A stretch of 64,000 nucleotides of DNA from an uncultured Atribacterota bacterium (lineage in GTDB: Bacteria > Atribacterota > Phoenicimicrobiia > Phoenicimicrobiales > Stramentimicrobiaceae), in the NCBI GenBank assembly GCA_964433555.1, contig CAYSRG010000007.1, forward strand, positions 7,422 through 71,421, given 5' to 3'. Of the stretch, positions 11,871 to 21,724 are shown in pieces. Within the stretch, counting starts at the first letter, position 1. Each line of letters starts with the position of its first letter. The notes beneath the pieces are model-generated. The model was not told the DNA's origin. It saw only the letters and a program-made list of their open reading frames with translations, and made no database searches. The position numbers were made by a program, and so were the translations under genes.

Positions 11871-11956
11871 AAATTTATTATATTTAATAATAACCTTTTG
11901 TGTTTTCTAAGTGAGAATCTAATAAACCATCCTCTCAAGGAATAATTTTATCTTAA

Positions 11957-12514
11957 TCATACTTTCATTATTTCTATTTCTTTTGTTTTACAAATTTCAT
12001 CAAGTTCTTTAATAAAGGAATCTGTTAAATCCTGTACTTTTTTAATAATTTCCTTACTTTGATCCTCAGAAATATCACCATCTTTTTCGAGTCTTTTAAC
12101 TTGGTCGTTAATTTCTCTTCTTACGTTTCTAATAGCAACTTTCCCTGATTCAATCTCTTTTTTTACTACTTTCACTATTTCTTTCCTTCGCTCTTCGGAT
12201 AAAGGGGGAATGGATAGCCGGATAACAGTTCCATCACTATTAGGAGTTAAGCCAATATCAGCTTTCCAAATGGCTTTTTCAACCTCACTAACAAAATTTT
12301 TATCCCATGGTTGTATCACGATTAAATCAGATTCAGGGACAGTAATATTAGCAATTTCTTTTAAAGAGGTTAAAACACCATAATATTCAATTTTAATTTT
12401 TTCAACTAAGGCGGTTGAAGCCCTTCCAGTTCTAATTTGAGATAATTCTGCTTTGGTTATTTCTATGGCTTTTTTCATTTTGTAATCAGCTTCTTTTGTC
12501 ATCTCAAGTAACAT
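11957..12514 (-). CDS. frr: Ribosome recycling factor
   Basis: 185 aa RRF family. Conserved pyrH-frr order. Confidence 0.9.
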   Translation of the reverse strand: MLLEMTKEADYKMKKAIEITKAELSQIRTGRASTALVEKIKIEYYGVLTSLKEIANITVPESDLIVIQPWDKNFVSEVEKAIWKADIGLTPNSDGTVIRLSIPPLSEERRKEIVKVVKKEIESGKVAIRNVRREINDQVKRLEKDGDISEDQSKEIIKKVQDLTDSFIKELDEICKTKEIEIMKV

Positions 12515-12516
12515 AT

Positions 12517-13242
12517 CTAATCCTCCTTCACAATGGTTCCAATTTGTTCTCCTAAAATTACTTTCTTTATATTCCCAGGTAAATTCAAATTAAATACAAT
12601 TACAGGTACTTTATTTTCCATGCATAATGAGATGGAAGTTGCATCCATTACTTTTAAATTTTTATTTAAAAATTCAAGAAAACTTATCTTTTTAAATTTT
12701 AAAGCATTGGTATTAACTAAGGGATCCGATTCATAAATACCATCAACTTTAGTGGCTTTTAATATTGCATCAGCTTCTAACTCTATTGCTCTCAAAGCTG
12801 CAGCAGTGTCAGTGGTAAAAAAGGGGTGACCAGTGCCAGCCGCCAGAATAACAATACGTCCTTTTTCTAAATGTCTTATTGCTCTTCTTCTAATATAAGG
12901 TTCGGCAATTGATCTCATTTCAATAGCTGTTTGTACTCTTGTTTCAATATTAAGTTTTTCTAAAAAATCTTGTAAGGCAAGAGCATTAATAACCGTACCT
13001 AACATTCCCATATAATCAGCAGAAACCTGGTTGATACCTTTAGCAGTAGCTTCTCTTCCTCTAAAAATATTTCCTCCTCCTATAACAACGGCAATCTGAA
13101 TTCCCATCTGTTTTATTTCCGCTAATTCAGCCGAGATGAACTTAACACGCTCAATTTCGATACCAACTTTTTTTTCACCGGAGAAAGACTCGCCTCCTAA
13201 TTTCAATAGTATCCTTTTGTAAATAGCTTGTTCTTTTTTCAT
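12517..13242 (-). CDS. pyrH: UMP kinase
   Basis: ILLKLGGE...[11 protein letters not shown] motifs. 241 aa. Confidence 0.9.
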   Translation of the reverse strand: MKKEQAIYKRILLKLGGESFSGEKKVGIEIERVKFISAELAEIKQMGIQIAVVIGGGNIFRGREATAKGINQVSADYMGMLGTVINALALQDFLEKLNIETRVQTAIEMRSIAEPYIRRRAIRHLEKGRIVILAAGTGHPFFTTDTAAALRAIELEADAILKATKVDGIYESDPLVNTNALKFKKISFLEFLNKNLKVMDATSISLCMENKVPVIVFNLNLPGNIKKVILGEQIGTIVKED

Positions 13243-13315
13243 TTTACTCGAATTTATTAATTTTTTTAGAAAGGGTATAATTTATCAAGAGTAGATTATA
13301 AAAAATATATTATAT

Positions 13316-13909
13316 CTACTCACCTAGTTGATATCTCACGAATCTTTTAATTTGGATATTTTCTTTTAATTTAGATATAGTTTCCAAGATTAATTGATTA
13401 ACATCGATCTCGGGATTACGAATATAATCTTGCTCAATTAAACAATGTTCTTTTAAAAATTTATTTAATTTTCCCTCTACAATATTATCAATTACCTTTT
13501 CCGGTTTATTAGTATTTTTCAGTTGACTGCAATAAATTTCTTTTTCTTTCTGGACTATATCTTCTGGTACATCTTCCCTTTTGATATATTTAGGATTGGC
13601 AGCTGCAATCTGTAGGGTAATATTTTTTGCCAGATCATTAAATTCTTGAGTTTTAGCAACAAAGTCAGTCTCACAATTAATTTCCAGAAGTACACCAACC
13701 CTACCATTTAAATGGATATATGATGCAATTTTTCCATTTAAAGCTTTCCGTCCCAGTTTTGAGGTCGCAGCTTGAATACCCTTTTTACGTAAATAATCTA
13801 CTGCCTTTTCTAAATCTCCATTAGTATGTGTCAGTGCTTTTTTGCAATCCATCATACCAGCACCAGTTTTCTCTCTCAACTCTTTCACTAGTTCAGCTTT
13901 AATAGTCAT
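13316..13909 (-). CDS. tsf: Elongation factor Ts
   Basis: N-terminal ELREKTGAGMMDCKKAL (UBA-like) signature. 197 aa. Confidence 0.9.
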   Translation of the reverse strand: MTIKAELVKELREKTGAGMMDCKKALTHTNGDLEKAVDYLRKKGIQAATSKLGRKALNGKIASYIHLNGRVGVLLEINCETDFVAKTQEFNDLAKNITLQIAAANPKYIKREDVPEDIVQKEKEIYCSQLKNTNKPEKVIDNIVEGKLNKFLKEHCLIEQDYIRNPEIDVNQLILETISKLKENIQIKRFVRYQLGE

Positions 13910-13955
13910 TTTTCCAAGCTCTCCTTATATGTTGAACTTATACACAAAATTATTA

Positions 13956-14669
13956 TTATACAGCAATTTTAACATTATCTTCTAGAGATATTTTTTTACC
14001 TTCCATGACAGCATCAGCAATAACAGATGTCAATAATTTAATTGCTCTTATTGCATCATCATTTCCAGGAATTATATAGTCAATCTCTTCTGGATTACAG
14101 TTAGTATCAACAACTGCTACTATAGGTATAGATAGTTTTCTAGCTTCTGTTACTGCGTTTCTTTCTCTTTTAGGATCAATAATAAATAAGGCATCTGGTA
14201 GTTTTTCCATATTTTTAATACCCGTTAAGATCCTTTCTAGCTTTTCTTGTTCTCTTTTTAAAATAATAACTTCTTTTTTCGGTAATAAAGAAAATTGACC
14301 GCTCTTTTCCATTTCTTCTAAATGGAAAAGACGTTTTACTCTTTGATTAATGGTATTAAAATTGGTCAATGTTCCACCAAGCCATCTATAATTAATATAA
14401 GGCATACCACATCTCTCTGCTTCAGAACTAATAGATTCTTGTGCCTGTTTTTTTGTTCCTACAAATAAAATAGTACCATTTTTACTGGTAAGTTCACGTA
14501 CAAAGTTATAGGCATCATCAATAAGTTTAACTGTCTGTTGCAAGTCTATAATGTAAATATTATTTCTTTCAGTAAAAATATAGGATCTCATTCTAGGATC
14601 CCAACGTCTTTTTTGGTGTCCAAAATGTACACCAGATTCTAACAATTGTTTCATTGATACAACACTCAA
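13956..14669 (-). CDS. rpsB: 30S ribosomal protein S2
   Basis: [23 protein letters not shown]-terminus. 237 aa. Confidence 0.9.
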   Translation of the reverse strand: MSVVSMKQLLESGVHFGHQKRRWDPRMRSYIFTERNNIYIIDLQQTVKLIDDAYNFVRELTSKNGTILFVGTKKQAQESISSEAERCGMPYINYRWLGGTLTNFNTINQRVKRLFHLEEMEKSGQFSLLPKKEVIILKREQEKLERILTGIKNMEKLPDALFIIDPKRERNAVTEARKLSIPIVAVVDTNCNPEEIDYIIPGNDDAIRAIKLLTSVIADAVMEGKKISLEDNVKIAV

Positions 14670-15374
14670 ATGGTCACTCTCCTTTTTTGATATCTATTTT
14701 AAAATTTTTTAATTTTTCAATAATACATATTTGTTAAAATTATTTAATTCTTAATTATTAATAATTTAACATATTTTTTCTTTGAATATTTTCAATTCAA
14801 ATGTATTGAAGCAAATTAAACTATACTACAAAACCAAATAAGTATAACATACTTAGATTTGTTATTCAAGTTAGATATTTATAATTTTAATAAATATTAT
14901 GCATTATAGCTCATTTAATAGGATATCTACATATTAGGCGTTGTAAGATGGTATTAAAAAATACTAAGCTTCCTAGAAGGCACTATTAATTATAATCTTT
15001 TTCAGTTTATATCCATCAATAATATATTAACCAAACTTTTCTAGAGTAATAGTGCCAATTACTTCAGATTCCAGTTAAAAAATCATATTCTGATATATTT
15101 TAATCTTTATAGTTATAGATATTATAACAGTTACAGACACTTGAGGGTAATTATTCTTTTTAAAATTCCCTTCTATATTAATCCCAATCTTAATAATTAT
15201 TAAGATCCTGAATATCTAGCTTTCAGTATCCTGTATTACAAATCTTTATTTTACCCGGGTATAGGTATAAAATTTATAGTAATTATACATTCTTTCTTAA
15301 AATCTAACTGAGCACATATGCTTTATTTAAAAAGAGTATTTTATATTTCCTGAAATATTTTTGAAATTTCGATA

Positions 15375-16811
15375 CTATAAAATATACTTACTTAAATCTT
15401 CTTTTTGAATGATATTTTGTAAGCGATTTACAACATATTTCTTGGTTATTATAATTTTCCTCTTACCTATCTTAGGGGTATTAAAGGAAATGCGATCTAA
15501 TAACTTTTCCATAACAGTGTATAGTCTTCTTGCTCCAATATTTTCATTTTGTTCGTTTAATACTGAGGCTATTTTAGAGATTTCTTTAATTGCGTCACTA
15601 TCAAAGTCAAGGTCAATTCCCTCTGTGTTTAGAAGTGCTTTATATTGTTTTATTAATGAATTATCTGGTTCAATAAGTATTTTCTCTAAATCTTCCTGAT
15701 TAAGGCTGTTTAATTCTACACGCAAAGGAAACCGTCCCTGTAATTCAGGGATTAAATCAGAAGGCTTAGAAACATTAAAAGCACCAGCAGCGATAAAAAG
15801 AACATAATCAGTTTTTACTGCACCGTATTTAGTCATTATAGTTGATCCTTCAATTATAGGTAGAATATCTCTTTGTACTCCACTTCTTGATACATCAGGT
15901 CCATACGATTTTTCTTTCATTGCTATTTTATCGATTTCATCAATAAAGACTATTCCCAACTCCTCGGTCCTATGAATTGCCTCTTTTGCTATTTTATTCA
16001 TATCCAATAATTTTTCTAATTCATCATCCAGAAGGATTTTTCGAGCCTCTGAAATTTTAACTTTTTTTCTTTTTTTTCTGTTAGGTAACATTTTATCTAA
16101 AATTTCTTTAAAATCAATCCCGATTCCTTCCATTCCCATATTTGAAAATATCTCTATTGAAGAATGGCTTTGTTCCTCAATTTCAATGCTAATTTCTCTT
16201 TCTTCTAATTCACCTTTTCGTAGTTTATTTTTTAATATCTCTTTTGTTTTTAATAATCTTTCTTTTTGTAAATCATGACTACTCAATGGAGTCTCAATTT
16301 CAATCATATTTTTCTCTTTATCAATATTATCTATAGATTGATTGGTTTGAAAATCTTTATAAGAGGTATCTCTCCTATCTTTCTTGTCAATCTGACCGGT
16401 AGGAAGTAATGCTTGTAATATTCTTTCTTCAACTCTTTCTTTGGCATTCCCTCGGATCTCTTCCATTTTTTCTTTACGTATAAGTTGTACTGCAGCTTGT
16501 ACCAGATCTCTTATCATAGAATCAACATCTTTGCCCACATAACCTACTTCGGTAAATTTAGTAGCTTCTACTTTAATAAATGGTGCTCGAACTAATTTAG
16601 CTAATCTACGAGCAATTTCAGTTTTACCTACCCCTGTTGGACCAATCATTATAATATTTTTTGGAGTTACCTCTTCTATTAATGATTTGGGCAGCTTTTT
16701 TCTTCTAATTCTATTTCTTAGAGCAATTGCAACCGCTTCTTTTGCTTGTTTTTGTCCCACAATATATTTATCTAATTCTGCTACTATTTCAGATGGGATC
16801 AAATCCTCCAA
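15375..16811 (-). CDS. hslU: ATP-dependent protease ATPase subunit HslU
   Basis: GPTGVGKTEIARRLA Walker A. AAA+ with I-domain. 478 aa. Follows hslV. Confidence 0.9.
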   Translation of the reverse strand: MEDLIPSEIVAELDKYIVGQKQAKEAVAIALRNRIRRKKLPKSLIEEVTPKNIIMIGPTGVGKTEIARRLAKLVRAPFIKVEATKFTEVGYVGKDVDSMIRDLVQAAVQLIRKEKMEEIRGNAKERVEERILQALLPTGQIDKKDRRDTSYKDFQTNQSIDNIDKEKNMIEIETPLSSHDLQKERLLKTKEILKNKLRKGELEEREISIEIEEQSHSSIEIFSNMGMEGIGIDFKEILDKMLPNRKKRKKVKISEARKILLDDELEKLLDMNKIAKEAIHRTEELGIVFIDEIDKIAMKEKSYGPDVSRSGVQRDILPIIEGSTIMTKYGAVKTDYVLFIAAGAFNVSKPSDLIPELQGRFPLRVELNSLNQEDLEKILIEPDNSLIKQYKALLNTEGIDLDFDSDAIKEISKIASVLNEQNENIGARRLYTVMEKLLDRISFNTPKIGKRKIIITKKYVVNRLQNIIQKEDLSKYIL

Positions 16812-16829
16812 TATATTCCTCCTTCATTA

Positions 16830-17360
16830 TCACTTTAATGTTTCTGTGGTAATATAATTATTAGTATAGATACAAATAGAGGCAGTAATCTTTAATGACT
16901 CCTGAGCAATTTCTGTAGCAGATAGTTGAGTGAATGAAAGCAAAGCCTGAGCTGATGCTAAGGCATATGGACCACCAGAACCGATTGCTGCAATAGGTTT
17001 ATCGGGTTCTATAATATCACCATTTCCAGAAATTGTAAACATATCTTGTAAGTCTGCAACTATAAGTAAAGCTTCTAATCTTCTGAGAGCCTTATCAGTT
17101 CTCCAGTCCTTAGCCAGTTCGATAGATGCTCTTTTTAAATTACCATGAAATTCCTCTAACTTATTTTCAAACCTTTCATATAAAGTAAGTGCATCTGCTG
17201 CACCACCAGCAAAACCGGTTAGCACTTTATTATGATAAATTTTTCTTATTTTTCTGGCCTCATTTTTAGCAATTGTATTTCCCATAGTTATTTGTCCATC
17301 TCCAGCAATAGCAATTTCATTGTTTCTTCTAACGGCAAGGATTGTTGTCCCTTTATACAT
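16830..17360 (-). CDS. hslV: ATP-dependent protease subunit HslV
   Basis: N-terminal [10 protein letters not shown] (Thr active site after Met removal). 176 aa. Confidence 0.9.
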   Translation of the reverse strand: MYKGTTILAVRRNNEIAIAGDGQITMGNTIAKNEARKIRKIYHNKVLTGFAGGAADALTLYERFENKLEEFHGNLKRASIELAKDWRTDKALRRLEALLIVADLQDMFTISGNGDIIEPDKPIAAIGSGGPYALASAQALLSFTQLSATEIAQESLKITASICIYTNNYITTETLK

Positions 17361-17605
17361 AGATAAAATCCTTTCAATTATTATTCTTAGGTAAATCTTT
17401 CAATTATTACTATGATTTTTTTTCCTAATCTTAAGGATGTTCAAAGGGGATTCTTCCCCCTTGAAAACCATTAATAATTTTTTAAGTTATCCATTGTTAT
17501 TCATATAGAAAAGATCTTTTATAGTATCAGATATTTTTCGAAATTCTGATAACATAAATGTAATCTTTTATTTTATATTTTATCAGTTTTTTAAAATATT
17601 GTTTA

Positions 17606-18544
17606 CTATTTTCTCGGGATAGATTTTTTGTATATTTCAATCAATTTACCTTTAGTAATATGAGTGTAAATCTGAGTGGTTGATAAACTTTCATGTCCCA
17701 ATAATTCCTGTACCGAACGCAAATCAGCACCACCATTTAAGAGATGGGTAGCAAAAGTATGACGAAAAACATGTGGGCTTATCTTTTTATTTAAACAAGC
17801 TAATCGCATATTTTTATTAATTATCATTCTAATGCTTCTGGTAGAAAGTCTTTCACCAAAACAACTTATAAACATAGCTTTTCCTGAAATTAATTTATAA
17901 TAATTCTTCCTAGGTATCAACTCTCTGACTTTCAAATAGTTTTTCAAAGCATTTTTTACGGGTCGACTGAGCGGCAAAATTCTTTCTTTGGAACCTTTGC
18001 CTAAAACTTTCATTGTATCATCATCCAGACTAATATCATCAATGTCCAGATTGGATAATTCAGTCACTCTTATCCCAGTACCATATAACAATTCAATAAT
18101 AGCCTTATCCCTAATGCCAATAGGTTTTTCTGTTTTTATTGAATCAATTAATCTCAATACTTCTTCCAAAAATAAGAAATCCGGTAATTTCTTTTTAATT
18201 CTCGGTATTTGTACATATTCTGCAGGATTTCTATTAATATAATCTTGTTGAACTAGGTATCTATAAAAGACACGGAATGAAGATATTTTTCGGGCAATTG
18301 TTCTATCACTATAATTTTTTTGTTTTAAATAGACTATATAACCTCTAAGCATCTGATAATTCACATCAGTTAGGCTATCTACCTTTTTAATATCTTTGGA
18401 AAATTGGATTAAGCTAATAATATCTTTTATATAAGCATTTATGGTATTTTGAGAAAAATTCTTTTTTTCTTTTAAATATTTTCTATATTCTTTTATATTA
18501 TTTATACTTTTTATAATGTCATTCATTTTGCATTGCCTTTTCAC
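17606..18544 (-). CDS. xerC: Tyrosine recombinase XerC/CodV
   Basis: HVFRHTFATHLL and LGHESLSTTQIYTH catalytic C-terminus. topA-xerC-hslVU synteny. True start may be the internal Met (MNDIIKS). Confidence 0.8.
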   Translation of the reverse strand: MKRQCKMNDIIKSINNIKEYRKYLKEKKNFSQNTINAYIKDIISLIQFSKDIKKVDSLTDVNYQMLRGYIVYLKQKNYSDRTIARKISSFRVFYRYLVQQDYINRNPAEYVQIPRIKKKLPDFLFLEEVLRLIDSIKTEKPIGIRDKAIIELLYGTGIRVTELSNLDIDDISLDDDTMKVLGKGSKERILPLSRPVKNALKNYLKVRELIPRKNYYKLISGKAMFISCFGERLSTRSIRMIINKNMRLACLNKKISPHVFRHTFATHLLNGGADLRSVQELLGHESLSTTQIYTHITKGKLIEIYKKSIPRK

Positions 18545-20624
18545 GATAATGACATTCTTTGTTACTGCACTGGAAAAAATTACCCTTACTCTTATTATTA
18601 ATTTTTACTAGAATTGAACCACAATTGGGACATTTTTTATTCACAGGAGGGAATAAAGAATAAAAATTACAATCAGGATATTTGCTGCAGCCATAAAAGA
18701 ACCTGCCTTTTTTACTTTTCAACTTAATAATTTCACCGGTACATCCTTCTCTGGGACACAAAACACCTATTTTAGTAAGATAAGGTTTGGTTGGATGTTT
18801 AAGTGGAGATTCAGAGCAAGCTAAATATTTACCGTAAGGACCATTTTTTATTTCCATTAGGTTACCACATACGGTACATTTTTCATCAGTCAACTCCTTA
18901 GATTTTTGTATCAATTTGTGAGGTGGATTCTCCTTAAGCTGGTTTATGTTTAGTAATAAAGATTTGTAAAAGTTATTTAAAATATTTTGCCAATTATGCT
19001 TTCCCGATTCTATTTTATCCAATTCATTTTCCATGATAGCTGTAAATTTTACGTTTATAATATTAGAAAAATATTCCATTAGAAATTGATCTACAACAAT
19101 TCCTAATTTAGTTGGAATTAATCGTTTATTTTCTTTTTCAACATAACCTCTACTAAGTATTTTATCAATTATCACTGCATAGGTACTTGGTCTGCCTATG
19201 CCCTCTTTTTCTAATACTTTTACTAGGCTTGCTTCGTTATATCTAGCAGGTGGTTTGGTAAAGGATTGTTTTGAGTTAATTTTTAATAATAGCAATTTTT
19301 CCTTTTCCCTTAAATCTGGAATAGATACCTTTTCAATTTCACTGTCTCCTAATATTTTTAGGTATCCAGGAAATATTATAGTGGTTCCATTAACTTCAAA
19401 GATATAATGACCAGCTCTAATTTTAACATTCCTTCTTTCTAATATGGCAGATTTCATTTGACTGGCTATAAAATGTTTCCAAATTAATTGATAAAGTTTG
19501 TATTGATCTGGCTTGAGGTTATTCCTGATAGATTCAGGGTCTAGATTAATTGAGGTTGGCCTTATTGCTTCATGGGCATCTTGTATTTTCATAGTTACTT
19601 TATTTTTTAATTTGGCTAAAGTACTTTTGCTAGACGAAACAAAATTTTTGCCATATTTTTCTGAAATATATTCTTGAGCATTTATTTTTGCCTCATTTGA
19701 AATGCGTGTTGAATCGGTTCTCATGTAGGTAATTAATCCCAATGTCCCTACTCCCGTAATTGAAATTCCTTCATATAATTGTTGAGCAATTTGCATAGTT
19801 CTCTTAACTGAAAAATTTAATCTATTATATGCTATTTGCTGTAGTGTACTTGTTTTTAAGGGGAGAGGAGGGTGTTTGAATTCTTTGGTAGTGGTAATTT
19901 TGGAAACAGTAAATAGACATTTTTCAATTTCTTTGCAGCATAGTTCCGCTTCTTTTTGATTTTTAATCTTTATCTTGATCCCATTTTTTGAGACTAGTGA
20001 GGCTTGAAAGACATTATCTTTTATATCTATATCTCTTAAAAGTAATACATTGATTTTCCAATATTCTTCAGGCTTGAATGCTTCAATTTCTTTTTCTCTT
20101 TTAACAATAAAATGGACTGCGACTGATTGAACCCTACCCGCACTTTTGCCCCTGGTATATTTATAACACAAAGGGCTGACTTGATATCCAACCAAACGAT
20201 CTAGTAGTCTTCTGGCAATCTGAGAATTGACTATATTCATATTTAGCTCCCTGGGATTCTCTATTGCCTGTGTAATTACGTTTTTGGTTATTTCATTAAA
20301 AGTAATTCTACATTTTTCACTGTTAATATTTAATTCTTTTGCTATATGCCATGAAATAGCTTCCCCTTCTCTATCTAGATCTGTAGCTAATAATATTTTT
20401 TCTTTTCCCTCAGCAATATTTTTTATAAATTTAACTATCTGTCTTTTCCCCGGAATTGTAATCCAGGTTGGTTGAAAATTATTTTCTATATCGATACCCA
20501 TTCTTGATTTAGGTAAATCTTTTATGTGTCCTTTGCTTGAAATAATAAGGAATTTTTCACCTATCATTTCTTTTAATACTCTTTCCTTTGTTGGTGATTC
20601 AACAATAATAAGAACTTTTTCCAT
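18519..20624 (-). CDS. topA: DNA topoisomerase I
   Basis: Toprim N-terminus, 701 aa, C-terminal Cys4 zinc ribbons (CTVCGNLM..., CPNCGS...). Confidence 0.9.
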   Translation of the reverse strand: MEKVLIIVESPTKERVLKEMIGEKFLIISSKGHIKDLPKSRMGIDIENNFQPTWITIPGKRQIVKFIKNIAEGKEKILLATDLDREGEAISWHIAKELNINSEKCRITFNEITKNVITQAIENPRELNMNIVNSQIARRLLDRLVGYQVSPLCYKYTRGKSAGRVQSVAVHFIVKREKEIEAFKPEEYWKINVLLLRDIDIKDNVFQASLVSKNGIKIKIKNQKEAELCCKEIEKCLFTVSKITTTKEFKHPPLPLKTSTLQQIAYNRLNFSVKRTMQIAQQLYEGISITGVGTLGLITYMRTDSTRISNEAKINAQEYISEKYGKNFVSSSKSTLAKLKNKVTMKIQDAHEAIRPTSINLDPESIRNNLKPDQYKLYQLIWKHFIASQMKSAILERRNVKIRAGHYIFEVNGTTIIFPGYLKILGDSEIEKVSIPDLREKEKLLLLKINSKQSFTKPPARYNEASLVKVLEKEGIGRPSTYAVIIDKILSRGYVEKENKRLIPTKLGIVVDQFLMEYFSNIINVKFTAIMENELDKIESGKHNWQNILNNFYKSLLLNINQLKENPPHKLIQKSKELTDEKCTVCGNLMEIKNGPYGKYLACSESPLKHPTKPYLTKIGVLCPREGCTGEIIKLKSKKGRFFYGCSKYPDCNFYSLFPPVNKKCPNCGSILVKINNKSKGNFFQCSNKECHYREKAMQNE

Positions 20625-20640
20625 AAATATATTTTTCTAT

Positions 20641-20684
20641 TTCAGGATATTCAGGGAGAATCTGCTCCCTTGGATATCCCTTAA
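20641..20684. repeat. 44-bp dyad-symmetric element, copy 1, 16 nt upstream of the topA start codon
   Basis: ttcaGGATATtcaGGGAGaatctgCTCCCttGGATATCCcttaa. Bipartite hairpin (outer GGATAT/ATATCC, inner GGGAG/CTCCC) that embeds the GGATATCC palindrome. Confidence 0.8.
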
Positions 20685-20762
20685 TTCTCCTTTTAAATTA
20701 ATAAAGTGATAAGTTATATATTTTATTTATCCCGATGTTCATAATCTTAGGTTATGAATATC

Positions 20763-20806
20763 TTCAGGATATTCAGGGAGAATCTGCTCCCTTGGATATC
20801 CCTTAA
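20763..20806. repeat. 44-bp dyad-symmetric element, copy 2 (44/44 identical to copy 1)
   Basis: Exact duplicate 122 bp from copy 1. Flanks diverge immediately outside the 44 bp. Confidence 0.8.
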
Positions 20807-21089
20807 ATCAATAAATAAATACTATTTAAATTTTTTAATATTGTTTGGAAAACAAGATAGATTTACTTTAGAATTTGTATTTTTTTTAAGTGGTTTCAAG
20901 AATATTTCCCCTGATTACTTTTTCTTTAATCCTTTTTATAATAAATCCTGTTTTCGCCTAAAATATAAAAATTATAGGAATTATATACCAATCTTAATAT
21001 CTAATTTAGCATATATTTTCATATTAACAAAGAACATTTTATAGTATTGTAATATCAGAAAAAAATTCACTACTATAAAATATTAAGTA

Positions 21090-21716
21090 TTATATTCTTT
21101 TATCAGTTTTTTCAGAGATTATTTTATTCTCTTTATGTTGTATCAATCGAATAATATTAGCACGGTGACGTAATAATGCCAATAGATTTATTATTATTAA
21201 AAAATATTTAAATTCAACAGGTGTTCTGAAGACAAACGATAGAATAAACATGCTAAATACTGAAATGATTGAACCAACCACTGCAAATTTTAGTGTTACT
21301 ACTAATACCCCCCATATTAATGCAGAGATAAGTGCAATATTAGGGAAAAGAGCAAGGATCACCCCATAGGTAGTAGCTATGCCTTTGCCGCCATTGAATT
21401 TCAGAAAAATAGACCAGTTATGACCAAGAATAGCAAAAAGTCCTGTTAACAACAAAATACTAATGTTTCCTGTTATTATTGATCTAGCAAGATATACCGA
21501 TAAAAATCCCTTTAAACAATCCCCAATCAGAGCCAATATGGCATATCTAACACCCAAAACACGAAAAGTATTTGCTACCCCAATATTACCGCTACCATAT
21601 TTTCTGATGTCAATATTTTTTAAGTATTTACCTATTAAGTAACCAAAAGGAATAGAACCAAAGGTATAGCTGAAAACCAAGATTATAATAATTTTTATTA
21701 ACATAATTATTTCCAT
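21090..21716 (-). CDS. plsY: Glycerol-3-phosphate acyltransferase PlsY
   Basis: GSIPFGYLIGK...GSGNIGVANTFRVLG signature. 208 aa membrane protein. der-plsY synteny. Confidence 0.85.
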   Translation of the reverse strand: MEIIMLIKIIIILVFSYTFGSIPFGYLIGKYLKNIDIRKYGSGNIGVANTFRVLGVRYAILALIGDCLKGFLSVYLARSIITGNISILLLTGLFAILGHNWSIFLKFNGGKGIATTYGVILALFPNIALISALIWGVLVVTLKFAVVGSIISVFSMFILSFVFRTPVEFKYFLIIINLLALLRHRANIIRLIQHKENKIISEKTDKRI

Positions 21717-21724
21717 TTTATGCC

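Noticed and set aside
14670-15374. Decayed codY pseudogene in the hslU-rpsB spacer
   Set aside because: A spot translation I made of the minus strand gave only short stop-riddled frames with no similarity to the CodY HTH or GAF regions I could recognise. I kept it only as a low-confidence hypothesis within finding 5.
17440-17465. GC-rich hairpin TTCAAAGGGGA-ttct-TCCCCCTTGAA between xerC and hslV
   Set aside because: It lacks a flanking U-tract in the transcribed (minus) orientation, and xerC-hslV are co-directional and probably co-transcribed. I note it only as a possible weak pause or processing site.
20845-20870. TTGTTT-gga-AAACAA hairpin upstream of topA resembling the CTTGTTT-ggg-AAACAAG hairpin in the glyQ leader (58443-58459)
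   Set aside because: These are 6-7 bp A/T-only stems, which are expected by chance many times in a 28% GC genome. They are insufficient to call a shared regulatory motif.
20524-21044. Two plus-strand ORFs (61 and 96 aa) sharing the peptide FRIFRENLLPWISL
   Set aside because: The shared peptide is just the translation of the duplicated 44-bp element. The ORFs are low-complexity AT-rich reading frames in a promoter or leader region with no RBS.
20625-21089. Possible CRISPR array suggested by the repeated 44-bp unit
   Set aside because: There are only two copies. The unit is longer than typical CRISPR repeats and the spacer is 78 bp. No cas genes are present.
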